Below are positions 23,635-35,860 of a stretch of DNA of 64,000 nt, in pieces; the stretch's first letter is position 1, and each line of letters opens with the position of its first letter. Both the position numbers and the translations under genes were made by a program. Source of the DNA: Hydrolagus affinis (Eukaryota). The notes under the pieces were generated by a model, which saw only the letters and a list, made by a program, of their open reading frames with translations, was not told where the DNA came from and ran no database searches. The DNA is taken from contig JAAILG010001539.1 in the NCBI GenBank assembly GCA_012026655.1, forward strand, positions 1-64,000, read 5' to 3'.

Positions 23635-23758
23635 ATACACTCCAGAATTAGAAAAGCAGGGTATGTCTCTGAGGAGAGCTCACATTCCATTCCAGATACA
23701 GGGAAATTTCGATGTATAAGTGGTGTACATTTGTAGAATTCTGTCTGGTTTGGATACT
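23635..23758 (+). repeat. Unclassified interspersed repeat B, copy 1
   Basis: ttccattccagatacagggaaatttcgatgtataagtggtgtacatt...ggtttggatact matches 45500-45643. Confidence 0.7.
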
Positions 23759-24417
23759 GGGAAATATTGCCATAGGTTGCCACCTGTTATAGACCTGGCT
23801 GAACCAATTAGAAAAAAGAAGCTACATTTGGCCTCTGCCTTCTGGGTTATGAAGGGAAAGCCTACCAAGGTTTCTGCATCTCATGAAGGCAGAGTACCAC
23901 CAACCTAAACACTCTCCAGTTGTTCATTTAGAAATTACATTTCATTCTCATCTCCTGTGATATTGAGGCAGATGCTGGATAAATAGGCACTGTTCCTGAC
24001 ATGCGCAGGAAGACAACTGAGCTTTCTCCCTCTCTTCCCTTAAATCAAGTTCCTGCCACCCCACCCCACCCTTCCTACAACTAGATAAAGGTATATGGGG
24101 AGACATGCGGTGATGAAGAACACATAAATAACTTACAAAGACATACTTTCTCCCAGTACAACCCTTATCCTTGAAATTGCCACCTAAAATGGTTTCTACA
24201 ATATTGAATTCTATGTGATGCTCTTGTGCTTTGCCTGTCACTAGTGCTTCTGACGTGTTTTACTTTTGAAACCTCCTTTGCTGCCAGATATGTTGGAAAA
24301 AAACGCTTAAGGAAGAGTGAGTTTTGGAGATTTTCTGCAGATGAGAGAGCAGGTGGTCAAACATCCAAATTTCTCTTAAAATGTTTTTTCCTACAAATAA
24401 GACATAGGAAGAAAATC

Positions 24418-24648
24418 TCAGCCTACCTCAGTTGGTAGCATTTCCATCCCTGTGTTTGGACTTAGAACTCACAATAAACTAAAACTCCAATCCATTGCAG
24501 TGCGCAGCGTGGTGAATTGTTGGAAGTGCCATCGTTTCAATGAGATATTAAATTGAGGTCCCAGCTGCCTATACAGGTGGATGCTAAAGTTTCCATGGTA
24601 CGCTTGAAAAGAGAAGGGAGTTCACTGCCAAATGTGAGGATTATTATT
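24418..24648 (+). mobile_element. Old Deu-core SINE
   Basis: tcagcctacctcagttggtagca head; ggaagtgccatcgtttcaatgagatattaaattgaggtccc...caggtggatgctaaag core. Confidence 0.65.
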
Positions 24649-25032
24649 GAATGAGAAAAGCCTAACCTGGGCTCTTGCTCTTGATTTCCTCTCCAACTTC
24701 AATCAATTTTCCCAATTAACGGATTAGTGTTTAGTCTCAGTTGGGTACTGTACTTTCTCAAGGTGTGGTAGGTTACATTGGTCATTTTTAGTACGATTTT
24801 AAGCAGAGCCCCTGTTCTGTAATGAGGCCCCATCTGAAAGAACTTATTTTAATCCACAAAATAAAACCCTGTTGTTTGGGAAGGTTGCCCATTATCCATG
24901 TCAAAAAATAGGGAGTGTGTGTGTGGGGTGGGGGGGCATATGATACCAAGAAGGTGGGTAACTATTTCTGAAGTAGCCCATAATTCAAACACAGTCATCT
25001 TTGAAATTTGGTGTAGTGCCTGTAAAGTTAAC

Positions 25033-25168
25033 ATCTGTGCACAATTGGCTGCTGCATTTTGCCCACAAAATATACAGTCAATTCACTTTACAGTATTTTG
25101 TGTGAAGATACAGCTTTGAGAAATCTCGAAGACGTGATAAGGTGGTATACCAAATGCAAGGATTATTT
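25033..25168 (+). mobile_element. tRNA/Deu SINE 3' half
   Basis: ctgtgcacaattggctgctgcattttgcccacaaaatatacagtcaattcactttacag...aaatgcaaggattatt. Confidence 0.85.
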
Positions 25169-27224
25169 TCTCAAAGCACTTTGCAGGTTATTGCTGTCAA
25201 GTGTAGCGATTGTCTGTTTGTTTATCTGTAGACAAAAAGCGCAGCCAATTTGTGCACAAATGTCTCCCAAATGTCCATAAAATTAAAGACAGATTGATTA
25301 ATTAATCTGGAGGATGTTGGCCAGAACACTGGAAGAATCTCTACTCTTTTTGAACAGTCATGAGATCTTTAAAGTTCTCCTGAGCAGCATCCTGAACAGA
25401 GAAGTTGCCTATATACATCAGATGGTCCTGCAATAATGCTGTGTTTATTTTCTAAAGCTGTGCATTTATGATTTAATTTATAACTATGCATTATACTGTA
25501 CAATAAAATTTGCATTACTAGTTCCCAAAAGATTCAGTAGGTCAGAGGTCTTTCATTAGCGTTTTAATTTACAGTTTTTGTAAGATGACTGTCTGGGTTT
25601 GTAGGAGATGAAAGCTTATTATAAAACCAAGATGGTGTTTATTTTTCATTCAAAGAACTATTTAAGGCAAATGGTTAACAAAAATAATAGTGTTCAGCAA
25701 AAAAAATACAGCGGGTGTGCAATAAAGCTATTTTCTTGAGTGAGCCAGTTTTATACTGGAATGGGAGCTGAGCTAATTAAAGCATGACATGGAGCCAAGG
25801 ACTCAAAGCGACTTTCTCTTCTTCTGCTGCGTTGAGTATATGATCCAGAAGCTACATTTTACGCTGGATTTCAAAAGGTTACAGATCTAACAGACATGGT
25901 GCTTCTCTCTGTAAAGCATTGGTTCCAATTGTGTTTAATCCTCCAAATAAAATAGGTCATTCGCTTTATGGCTATTTGTGGGAGGGATAATGCTTTACGC
26001 AGATTGGCTGCCACATAGTCATGGTCACTACACGTTACTGTATGTCCTGTGAAATATTTTAAAACTTCCTCCCAATATGAAAAATGCTCTATCAAATGTA
26101 AGGATTGTTATTATTATTTAACATGGTGCCAGCGGCAGGAGTGAACCAGCAGCACAAGAAGAAAAACACAGTGAGGTCTGGACTCTATTTTTAGTGAGAA
26201 AGAAACCTTGTTTGATACCATGTTTTTTTGCTGTGCTGGATACATACCGAGGAAGGTCCTGTGCCAGGGACTGGAGTTATTAAGCAGAGCAACTATTTGG
26301 TGCTATTTAGTGACTGTTGTAAAGAAGTAATGTTTCAAGACTGGACAAGTAAAAAGAAAATTGATGGGTGTAGTAAAGGATGCGGATACTCCAGTTATGT
26401 TGTACACATAAGATTTGTGTGCAATGTTTTTTCGTTACACTGGTATAAGTGGTGCAGTTTACCCTTTGCAGCTTCTTTGTGGTAAGAGACCACCTGCAAG
26501 AGATGCCTTGTGATTCTTTGTGGACCCCAGCAGTCGTACAATTGCTCACAGTGTGAATCAGTAATAGTACAATTGCTCACGGTATGAAGCGTGTTTTTTA
26601 AAAAAAAGCTTGAGAACAACTTGGGTGGTCCGTTAAACTGCCTTAATGTTTCTAAAGATAGAAAAGAGTTGACTGCAGTTAGCTCTTTGCCAACATTAGA
26701 AATCTCACCATCCGTCAGGCACTGGTGAGCAGGGAACAGGATGAACTCTACATTTGCAGAGTTTGGCATAACTTCATGATTTCCATGTTTGTTATCCAAA
26801 TACTGTGATATCTATTATACCAGGACCAAATAGCAGAAACTTCACACGCTCTGAATGAGCAAATGGGTACATGAGGTGCTAATCATAGAATTCATTTTCT
26901 CTGGAAATAGTACTGAGTGCTTTAGCCAGTAAGTCTGTGCAACACATGGCTTGATTTGATGAAAACCTGTTTTGTTCTTTATTTTCTATGAAGAAATTGC
27001 ACCTAGTGGCTCACCAACAACTTGCATTTATATAGCGCTCATCTGAAAGGTAATGTCTGAAAGTGTTTTAGAGATTGTCAGCTACCAAGCAGAGAGATGG
27101 ACAGAAAGGGGAGGAGGTAAGAGGGATGTGAACATGGAGCAGTGATAATATAATAATAATCCTTGCATTTGATATAGTGCATTATCAGATGTCTCACCGT
27201 GAGTCACATAATATACTGTAGAGT

Positions 27225-27510
27225 GAAACAAAAACAAAAGTTGCTGGGAAAACTCAGCAGGTCAGGCAGCATCCATGGAGAAAGGAAAGTGAGTCAACGG
27301 GTCCACGACCCTTCTTCAGAACTCAGGAGGGAAACAGATAGTAGGGAGGGGGGAGCAGGGTAGAAGGGAGGAACGAAAGTCATGTCGAAGAGAAGAGCAG
27401 AGCTTCTTCAGGGTAGGCTTGCGATTGATACAGCTAGAGAGGCTCATGGGGAATCCATTAGAAGGAAGTTGTGTGTGAGAGATTCAGCTGTATTGGGGAT
27501 GAGATGGGTA
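27225..27510 (-). mobile_element. Penelope-like retroelement terminal fragment with hammerhead relic
   Basis: aaacaaaaacaaaagttgctgggaaaactcagcaggtcaggcagcatccatggagaaagg. Minus strand CTGAAGA-AGGGTC-GTG-GACCC-G at 27319-27298. Confidence 0.7.
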
Positions 27511-27520
27511 GGGAGGCGTG

Positions 27521-28328
27521 CAACAACAACAACTTAACAACTTAAACTTATAAAGCGCCTTTCACGTCGGGAGGACGTCCCAGGGCGCTGCACAGGAGGC
27601 ATGTGACCTGAGCTGGGAGGGGAGTGTTCGGGAAGGGGTGAAACATGTAGGGGAGGTCGAAAAATTCGGGGTGGAACAAAAGGCACGGTCGAAGAGGAAA
27701 GTCTTCAAACCAGCCTTGAAAGAGGAAAGGGAGAAACAAGGCGGAGGGATTGGGGGATGAAATTCCACAGGGTGGGAGCGGAAAAACTGAAGGCCCGGCC
27801 TCCGGTGGTGGGGCGGTTCGGGCGGGGGGCTTGGAACAGGCCAATTCCTGCTGAATGGAGGGTCCGGGTGGGCTTATAGGGGGAGAGTAAATCGGTTAAA
27901 TAGGGCGGGGCAAGGCCATGTAAGGCCTTGAAGGTGAGGACGAGGATCTTGAACTCGATCCTCTGGAGGATGGGGAGCCAGTGGAGACGGGCGAGGGTGG
28001 GGGTTATGTGGTCACGGAGGCGGGTGCAGGATAGTACACGGGCTGCAGAGTTTTGGNNNNNNNNNNNNNNNNNNNNNNNNNNNNNNNNNNNNNNNNNNNN
28101 NNNNNNNNNNNNNNNNNNNNNNNNNNNNNNNNNNNNNNNNNNNNNNNNNNNNNNNNGTGGGGGGTGAGGTAGTTGCAGAGCCTGGCAATGTTGCGCAGGT
28201 GGAAATAAGCGGTGCCGGTCAAGGCGCGGATGTGGGGGAGGAAGGAGAGTTTATGGTCGAACGTGATGCCGAGATTCCTGACTGGCTTTGTGAGGTGAAG
28301 AGTACAGCCTTGGATGTTGAGGCTGTAC
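27521..28328 (-). mobile_element. L2 LINE 3' ~800 bp spanning a gap
   Basis: ORF 28004-28330 PVRNLGITFDHKLSFLPHI...AYFHLRNIARL; intact tail stem-loop gcgcctttcacgtcgggaggacgtcccagggcgc. Confidence 0.93.
28057..28156. other. Assembly gap (100 N)
   Basis: Run of 100 N inside an L2 copy. Confidence 1.
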
Positions 28329-29694
28329 AACGTGTTAATGATGAAGATAAGCAGTCTTAATCAGTTACTTACCAATATGAAGCTGAATCCAATTGCAGCA
28401 GATGGGAGGGAAATGGGCTTTGCTTGCCCCGATGCGCTGGTGTTGAAATAGTTTTTGTGTCCCTTTCACCTCTGTCTATATGTGTGTGTCCCCTTCTCTG
28501 TGTGAGTGGGTTGATGAGTGCCTGTGTATGTATATGTGCCTCTAGGTGTATGAGCGGTGTTAGGCCTTGATAGGCAGAAGATGCTAACCTATTGGAGCCC
28601 CACATTAAGGACACTATTTCTTCAAGTTTAGTTTTTAGCAATAAATTGAAAAAATGTAGGTTAGCAGTAAAATGTGCTTCTCAATAGCACCAACCAAACT
28701 GCAATTTCCCGAGAAACCGCCAAATTTCCCCGCAATTCTAAGCAAATGTTTCCGCAATTTTCCATTGGCTCTGGACACCTGCCGTGCTTTTCTGCTGCAG
28801 TACTGCAGACTCACCTAGCTGAGGAATCAGACTATCAAGACCGCCACAGAGGATTGATTTGGTTGCTATATTCGCTTGCCAAGCACATCACATTACAGCC
28901 AGCTCAGCCTCAATAAGATGTGGTTTCCCTCTCTCCTCCCTGAAGAATAATAATAATCCTTACATTTGATATAGTGCCTTTCACTCCAGGAGGATGCAAT
29001 GGAACACTTAAATTCTTCATTGAAGAATAGGAATTTAGCTGACCAGCCTACACCCATAAAACTGTGGGAACATATGAATTACTAGATGAAAAAATACCAA
29101 GGTCCATCTAATTGGCCTTCTACTAGCCTGGGAGTTACATGCTACTATAATGGAGATGTTGTCAATGCTAATGTTGACAGTTGAGTGGATTTACAGGATC
29201 CTGCAGGAGGAAAAGAAAAGAAAATTAGAAGAAATGTTTTAAAGTTTTGATGGTAATTTAAAAGCCGTGGTAGATCACCTCACTTTGTCCTGGTGTCTTC
29301 TGTTGGTTCTTCAGAGAGTATGGAACTTCCTCTTCAGTACAGATGTCTTTAACAGGAGTTAATGGCTTCTGCCCAACCAGGCAAAGGCCTATAGTTTTAG
29401 TGCTCCCTGCATTAGTAAGTATTAACATACGACCGTTCTGCTCAATAAACTTTATGGAGGTTAGATGACTCATAGCGCACATGTTTCCTGCTGGGGTCTG
29501 AAATGTATTGAGTGGGTAAACTAGCTTGAACACATACGCACACCAAATGTCATACAATGTTAATTTTTCAAGTTAGGACTGTAAAGGCACTGGTGCAGAC
29601 ATGTTGCTTGAACACATTTTAGTTCAGTTGATTAATGCTGCAAGAAATGTTTGTTCTTCTCGTCCTGAATATTGTTCATTGATGTTGGGGTGAA

Positions 29695-29882
29695 TGTGTG
29701 GTGTGGGTGTGTTTGGGGGTGTGTTAGGTCTGTGTGTGTGTTTGAGGGGGTTAGTGTGTGTATTTGGGGAGGGGTGTATTTGGGTGTGCTTGGGGGCTGT
29801 GTGGTGTGTGTGTTTGGGGTGTGTGTGTGTGGTGTTGGTGTGTGTGTGCATGTGGGTGGGGTGGGGGGGGGGGAGGGGGGTG
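29695..29882. repeat. Degenerate (TG)n / G-rich simple repeat
   Basis: gtgtgtg and ggggg runs; explains ORFs 29624-30222. Confidence 0.9.
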
Positions 29883-29893
29883 GATGAGCACAT

Positions 29894-31425
29894 AATAACA
29901 ACCACAAAATTACATCTATATAGTGTCTATCAATTCGGGAGGATGTCTCAAGGCGCTGGATAATCATTGTTTCAGACACGAGCTTGGGATCAGGGAGGGC
30001 GGTGGGAAGGAGAATGATCAAAGGCATGGTCGAAGAGGAGGGTCTTGGGGTGGATTGTGTGTCGGGGGAGCCAGGGGAAAGTGAAAGAGGCCAGAGCTCA
30101 CTGAGCGGAGGGAGAGGGCAGGTTGGTAGGGGATTAGGAGGTTGCAGAGGTTGGAGGAAACAAGGCCATGGAGAGCTTTGAAGGTGAGGTTTCAGGTTCC
30201 TCAACTGTACACTCTGTGTCATGGGAAGCCAGTGGAGTCAAGCGAGGGTGGGTGAAGTAGGGTTACAGAGCCTGGTGCATCCCATCTCTGCAGACACGTG
30301 CAGACACATCTCTGCAGACACGGGCTGCAGAGTTCTGGATGATCTACAGCTAATGAAGGGAGGAGTTGGGGAGATTGCATAGTCAAGCCTGGATGTTATG
30401 AATGCCTGTATGAGGGTTTTGGTGGCCTGAGACAGTGTAGCAGTGGTGGAGCCGGGCGATGTTGTGAAGGTGGGGATGGCACAGAGGGCCATGGCATAAA
30501 TGTGGGGTAGAAAGGATGGTTGAGGGTCAAACAAGAGTCAAGGTTCCGGACTGGCTCAGTGAGGTGAAGTGTGCATTCTTGGATGGTGATGTTGTCAGTG
30601 CCAGAGATGTGGAGGCGCTGGCGGAAGCCAATCAGGTGGACCTTGGTCTTGTTGACTTTCAACTGAAGAAAGTTAGCTCTCATCCAGGACTTGAAGTCTG
30701 ACAGACAGTCTGTCAGGACAGCAGTGAACCTGGAGTCAAGGTTGGAGACAGAGAGATAAAATTGGGTGTCATCCACATATATGATTAAGTTGACCCTATG
30801 ATGATGTCACCAAGAGGGAGTGTGTAGAATATTGAAGAGAAGGTGAACAGAGAGGTCAAGGAGGATAAGAGGCAGAGGGAGCCCTGGTCGCAGATGGACA
30901 AATGTAATTTGTCACTTTGACCAGAGTTGCTTTTGGTCTGTGAGTGGCATGGAAACCCAAATGGAGTGGTTCTTGAAGGAATTGGCGGGAGAGGAAGGAA
31001 CAAAGCTGGCAAGCAATGACTCATTTCAGGACTTTGGAAAGGGAAGTTGGAGATGGAGCTGGAGTTTGAGTGCAGGGATTGGTCCAGGGAGATTTTTTTA
31101 AGGATGGGAACGATGATGGCCATTTTCAAAGGGTTGGGAATGGTGCCAGTGGACAGGGAAAGATTTATGGTCTGTGAGTATTGATGAGAGAGGAGCGGGA
31201 GACAGGTTCGAAGGTGTAGAGCAAGGGATGGGTAGGGGCTGGGGTGTGAGGAGTTGATGGGAAGAGGGTAGTAAATGGAAGGGCAGAGGCATCTGAATGG
31301 ATCCTCTTGACTTTGGTTTTGAGGAAGTCCAGCATCACCTTGCAGTTGGCGTTGGAGGAGAGGATGGGCGAGGGTTGGCAGAGAAGCCGGTTGGTGATGG
31401 GAACATATAAGGACATTCATACTGG
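29894..31425 (-). mobile_element. Longest L2 LINE fragment (~1.5 kb), including a decayed RT domain
   Basis: YVDDTQFYLS...CLSDFKSWMRANFLQLKVNKTK (ORF 30396-30776), INLSLSTGTIPNPLKMAIIVPILKK...ISNFPF (ORF 30785-31432), TLIQAFITSRLDY. Many frameshifts and internal deletions. Confidence 0.93.
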
Positions 31426-32211
31426 CTTTCAATTCCTAACCTGAGGAGGAAATAAAGGTACATAGATGAGGGGAAAAGGAGGGATGGGGGTTGGTGTGGA
31501 GTATAAACACTGCCACATCTCTCCTTTAAAATCCCAGGAACCCGCTTCTCCTCCATCTCGTCCCCTGTGTCTATCTTTAAATTCTGCCTTGTGCTCAGTC
31601 CTACAGTCACCTTTGTTTTTGGTCAAAAGAATGTTTAGGTGACCTGATTTTTTTCTTAATCTGTTTTTGGTGGCCAGGAACAATCATCTTATGCAATTAT
31701 TACTGCAAGGTTAGCTTATCCCCTGGAGTTGGCTGAGTTTATTGGACTTACTCTGCTCTATTAGAGCTGATATTCAATAGTTTCCCAGTGTTTTTCACAG
31801 CTTTTGTAAAGAGCAATTCCAATATTAAACTATATACATCAGTCGTGAGAGACGCTGGAGTGTTTAATTCAGGAGAGGATTGGAGAAAACTCCTTTCTAC
31901 ATATGTGGGGGGGTGTGATTCTGGATGGCGCAATTCTTGTTTGTTTTTGTTATTGCCAAATCTTTAGCTTTGTTATATGGTCGACATCTACAATGTTAGC
32001 ATGAGATTGTATACAAAAAGGGGAGCGGTTGGGGAGAGAGCAAGAGGGATAAATGTTGCTCCTTCACTTCATTCAAGGTCCGCTTCAGGATGTACGTCTT
32101 TGACTGTACTTTTGATCATCATTCACCTCCCCACCCCTCTCGCCTGGAGCTCCAACTCCCAGATTGGGTGTCCAGCCAGTAGTGTCAAGAACTTTGTCTT
32201 CCTGCCGTGAA

Positions 32212-32487
32212 AGGCTCAGTGGTTAGAGCGCTCACCTTATAAGTGAGAGACCTGCGCTCAATTCCCTGGTAGGTCAGAGTCAAACCTTCGGCAAGTTTCA
32301 TCTCTGCACGTACCTAATAATAGTCATTTCAATTCACGACTGTTTGTGGAGCACTGCTGTGCGCAATTGGCTGCCGCATTTCGCCCACAAATATACAATC
32401 AGTTCACTTTACGGTGTATCCTGTGAAGCGCTACAAGATGTCTAGAAGACATGAAAAGCGCTATAGCAAATGCAAGGATTATTATTA
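32212..32487 (+). mobile_element. Young tRNA SINE, short form
   Basis: ggctcagtggttagagcgctc...gctgtgcgcaattggctgccgcatttcgcccac...aaatgcaaggattattatta. Confidence 0.9.
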
Positions 32488-32569
32488 CATTGATCAAAAA
32501 TGTTGTCAATGGTCATTGCCTGCAAAATATACAACAACAAAATTTGTATGCAGTCACTGCACTTTCCAG

Positions 32570-32797
32570 TATATCTTTGCCCCCACCCCTTGGAACTCCA
32601 TCCCAAGGTGCCTTCACCTTGCTCCCTCCCTTGCCTCCTTCAAGGCACATCTCATGACCCTCTACTTCAACCAGGCCTTCGGCTTCCCTCCTACCCCAAC
32701 ACCCTGCTCGGATCCAAATGCTTGACTGTCCAAAGCCTTGGGATGTCCTTGTAACGTGAAGGGCGCTATATAACTGTCATTTGTTGTATGTTGTTGT
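32570..32797 (+). mobile_element. L2 LINE 3' end
   Basis: tggaactccatccc...gcctccttcaagg...gggatgtccttgtaacgtgaagggcgctatataac...ttgttg. Confidence 0.85.
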
Positions 32798-33369
32798 AAT
32801 CATTTGAAGCACGTTAACAACATTATTATTGTAAGTTATCATTACCACTCAATGGGCGTTTTACCCACAGGCTGTGTGAGTCTGCATATCGCTCGCTGTC
32901 TTTCTTTTGAACTTTATTGCAAATGCTTTATTTTGTTCCTGTACTTGCTGGCTTTCCTAACCTTTTCTCCTCCCCCTGACATATACTGCCATCAATTGTT
33001 TCTGTTTCTAATAACCCGCTCAGTCTCTGAGATCACAGTGTTTTGAAAATGAGAACTTCAGAAAAGTTTTCAGTGGGAGTAATTCTCAACTGAAACTTAC
33101 TAATAGTTTTGAAAAAAAACTCCCCAGTTTTCTATGCTTTATTTCACAAACACTCCTCCAAACAGCAGCTGCCTCCCTTTTCATAGCAATGGCTCTTCTA
33201 CATTTGAATGGAGCATTCTTTTGTTAAATATAGATTTCATCCAAATTAAATTGTTTCAGAATGATTGAACACTCTAAGGTCAGTTATCCTATTGCAAACA
33301 ATTATGCTGAATTCTCAGGAAATGAACACCAATGAATAAGTCCTCATTTTATTATTATTAATTTTGTTT

Positions 33370-33880
33370 TGATATCTGAGCCTCCACTGCTCTGTGCCCA
33401 TCAGCACCTCCTCACTTCAGGCAGTGACTATTTTGATCTCCCCTCACTACAATTGGCAAAGCCTGTGTTACCTCGACGTTGTGTTGGACCCTCAATACTC
33501 CTTCAAACATTTCACCTGGTTTCTGACTAAACCCGCTCCTATCCATCTCTTCTATGTTGTCTATATCTTCCGTTACCTCATCCCAACACAAATGAAACGC
33601 TCGCCACCACCAAACCGGATTTTTCTAGTGTCCGGTTTATGGACTGCCCGAGCTCCACCCTGTACAAACTCCAGACTACGCAGAACTCTACAGGATGTAT
33701 CTCCTGTGCCAGGCTTCTCAGCCTATCATTCATATCCTTGCCTGGTTCCCTATGTCCTGGCAGATCAGTTTTACAATCCTCACATTCATTTGCTTCTACG
33801 GTCTTGCTTCCTCCCCACCTTTGCAATCGTCTGCATCCATACCTCCCAGCTGGAGCCTGCTACATGCTTCTCCCCTGCTC
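33370..33880 (+). mobile_element. Highly decayed L2 fragment
   Basis: KLQTTQNS in ORF 33639; ctcgacgttgtgttggaccctcaatactccttc resembles the LGVxFDPxLSF region. Confidence 0.55.
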
Positions 33881-34764
33881 CATGTCATGGTGAGTGAATA
33901 GCTACCCAGGATTAAGGCTGAGCCCTTTGCGATGCTACACAGTGTTAGCTTCCCCGCAATTCTGCAAAGACACCAATGCATTCATCACGTGCTTTGTATA
34001 AAACGTAGACCTCACCGAATGAGCATCAGTTTGACACCTGTACTTTTGTTTCCTAATTAAATGCTTTCCATTATGACTTTGGAACATCAACCCATCATCT
34101 TCTGCCACATTGAATGATATGGACTGTATGTCACAAAAGCAACCCATTCCGCCCATGTCTTCCGTGCCACTGTTTATATTCCACGTGAGCCCTCATTTTT
34201 TCTTTCCCAGCTGCCCTCTGCCCCCTTCTCCCTTGTTTATGTGATATCACCGTGATTGAGTGCATGCAGCCTCAAACATTACACCCTGACATAAACTACA
34301 GACATACCAGTAAGTAAGCCTTACACAGAAATCTATTAACTAGAATTGATGTTCTGTGAGAGGCTAGTCTGACAACGGCGAACCTCCCACTTTAGATTCA
34401 AAATATCCAGTAGGATTTGTGGGGGAGGTGAGACTAGAATTTCTGTTGTTTGGATGAGATCATTTCCATGCACTGATGCCACATGATATATAGTGCTGCA
34501 GTATTCATTATACAGAGTCATTAAAACTCAAATTTGGATTAGTCCCGTTCTTTTATTTTATTTTACATAAGATGTTATTGATTTTTAGAAATGCCTGCAT
34601 TCACCAGCCTGTTCTTTCAGATAGTAAACAGTAGTTAACATTAACTTGCATTTATGTCCTTCATGTAGAATAGTGTCTTGGAGCATGAATAATTAATTAA
34701 ACATTTGTAATTAGATTTCAAACGAATGAATGTTAACATTGTACAATTTCCTTCTCCCCTTCCA

Positions 34765-34822
34765 AACGCTCTCTCTCTCAATATATCTCTCTATCTCTCT
34801 CTCTCTGTCACACATACACACA
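34765..34822. repeat. (CT)n/(CA)n microsatellite
   Basis: ctctctctctc...ctctctctctctgtcacacatacacaca. Confidence 0.8.
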
Positions 34823-35198
34823 TAATCTTACATCACATTTAAATCCTTGAAATACATCTGGTGCATTTTACAAAATGTCAGCCATCAAGCTGTGGTTGAA
34901 GTATTTCAATGCAGTACTTTCTAGCGCACGTGTAAGTGAGGAAGATTAGAGAGGGGAGTGAAGTGTAAATTTTTGTGCATGTGTTATCGGTTCATTGACA
35001 CTGCAGCTGAGTCAAATCAGCTGCTCCCTAGGACAACTTAAGCATTATGTTGGACTTGTATGCGTGAGAGGGGCTGTGCTTCCAACAGTCATACTTCATA
35101 CAACAACAACAACAACAACTTCGATTTATATAGCACCCTCCACGCCGGACGGCGTCTCATACTGTAGTTGTACTCATATTGTAGTTGTACTTGGATGT

Positions 35199-35492
35199 GG
35201 AGTCCTGTATCTCAGTGGTTAGAGCACTCGCCTTATAAGCGAGAGACCTGGGTTCAATGAAACCTTGGGCAAGTTTCCTTACTCCACATGCCCAATAATA
35301 ATCCCTACAAAAAAAACAATAATAATTTGGTCACACAATTCACGACTGTTTGTGGATCACTACTGTATGCAAAATGGCTGCCATTTTTTGGCCACAGATA
35401 TAGTCAATTCACTTTACAGTATATTCTGTGAAGCGCTTTGAGACGTCTGAAAGACGTGAAAAGCGCTATCAAATGCAAGGATTATTATTATT
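35199..35492 (+). mobile_element. Young tRNA SINE, short form, full length
   Basis: ggagtcctgtatctcagtggttagagcactcgcc...gacctgggttcaa...gcgctttgagacgtctgaaagacgtgaaaagcgc...(tta)n. Confidence 0.93.
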
Positions 35493-35544
35493 AAAAATCT
35501 TACTTCCTTTAATACAGTTGTGTATTTTTCTTGCTTCTCAAAAC

Positions 35545-35860
35545 ATTAGCCTAGCCTCTGGGTCAAAAGATTGCTGTTCATACCTCATATTTGAGCTCAT
35601 AGTCCTGGCTGACTCTCCAGTGTAATGCTAGGGGAGGCTGCATTGTCAGAGGTGCCATCCTTTTGATGTGATGCTAAACTGACTTTAAAAATCCCATTAT
35701 CCTATTCATAAAAAGAAGAGAATTTTGACCCACAACCCCTCAGATAAATTGATCATTCACTGTGTACCTGTGATGGACGTCGCTGTGTGTAAAATGACAG
35801 CCGTGTTTCCCTGCAAAACGATCACTAACCTTGACAGTAATTATCTATGAAGTACTTACT
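35545..35860 (+). mobile_element. Old Deu-core SINE
   Basis: gcctctgggtcaaaag...ggctgactctccagtgtaatgct...gctgcattgtcagaggtgccatcc. Confidence 0.7.

Noticed and set aside
26996-27012. CTCF site (GCCACTAGGTGCA on minus); also 9891 and 10251
   Set aside because: Each misses key consensus positions.
28365-28830. Minus-strand donors (TTG|GTAAGT near 28371, TAG|GTGAGT near 28816)
   Set aside because: No convincing acceptor or recognisable coding sequence upstream.
29315-29414. 100-nt + strand exon candidate (ttcttcAG ... GTAAGT), one open frame EYGTSSSVQMSLTGVNGFCPTRQRPIVLVLPAL
   Set aside because: No recognisable protein similarity, weak exonic donor context and not frame-preserving; such pairs arise by chance in 64 kb.
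29624-30222. 196-aa and overlapping ORFs rich in P/T/H or V/C/G
   Set aside because: Translation of a (TG)n/G-rich repeat plus an L2 tail.
30396-31432. 215-aa and 126-aa ORFs as an active reverse transcriptase
   Set aside because: L2 RT remnants with frameshifts and deletions; not intact.
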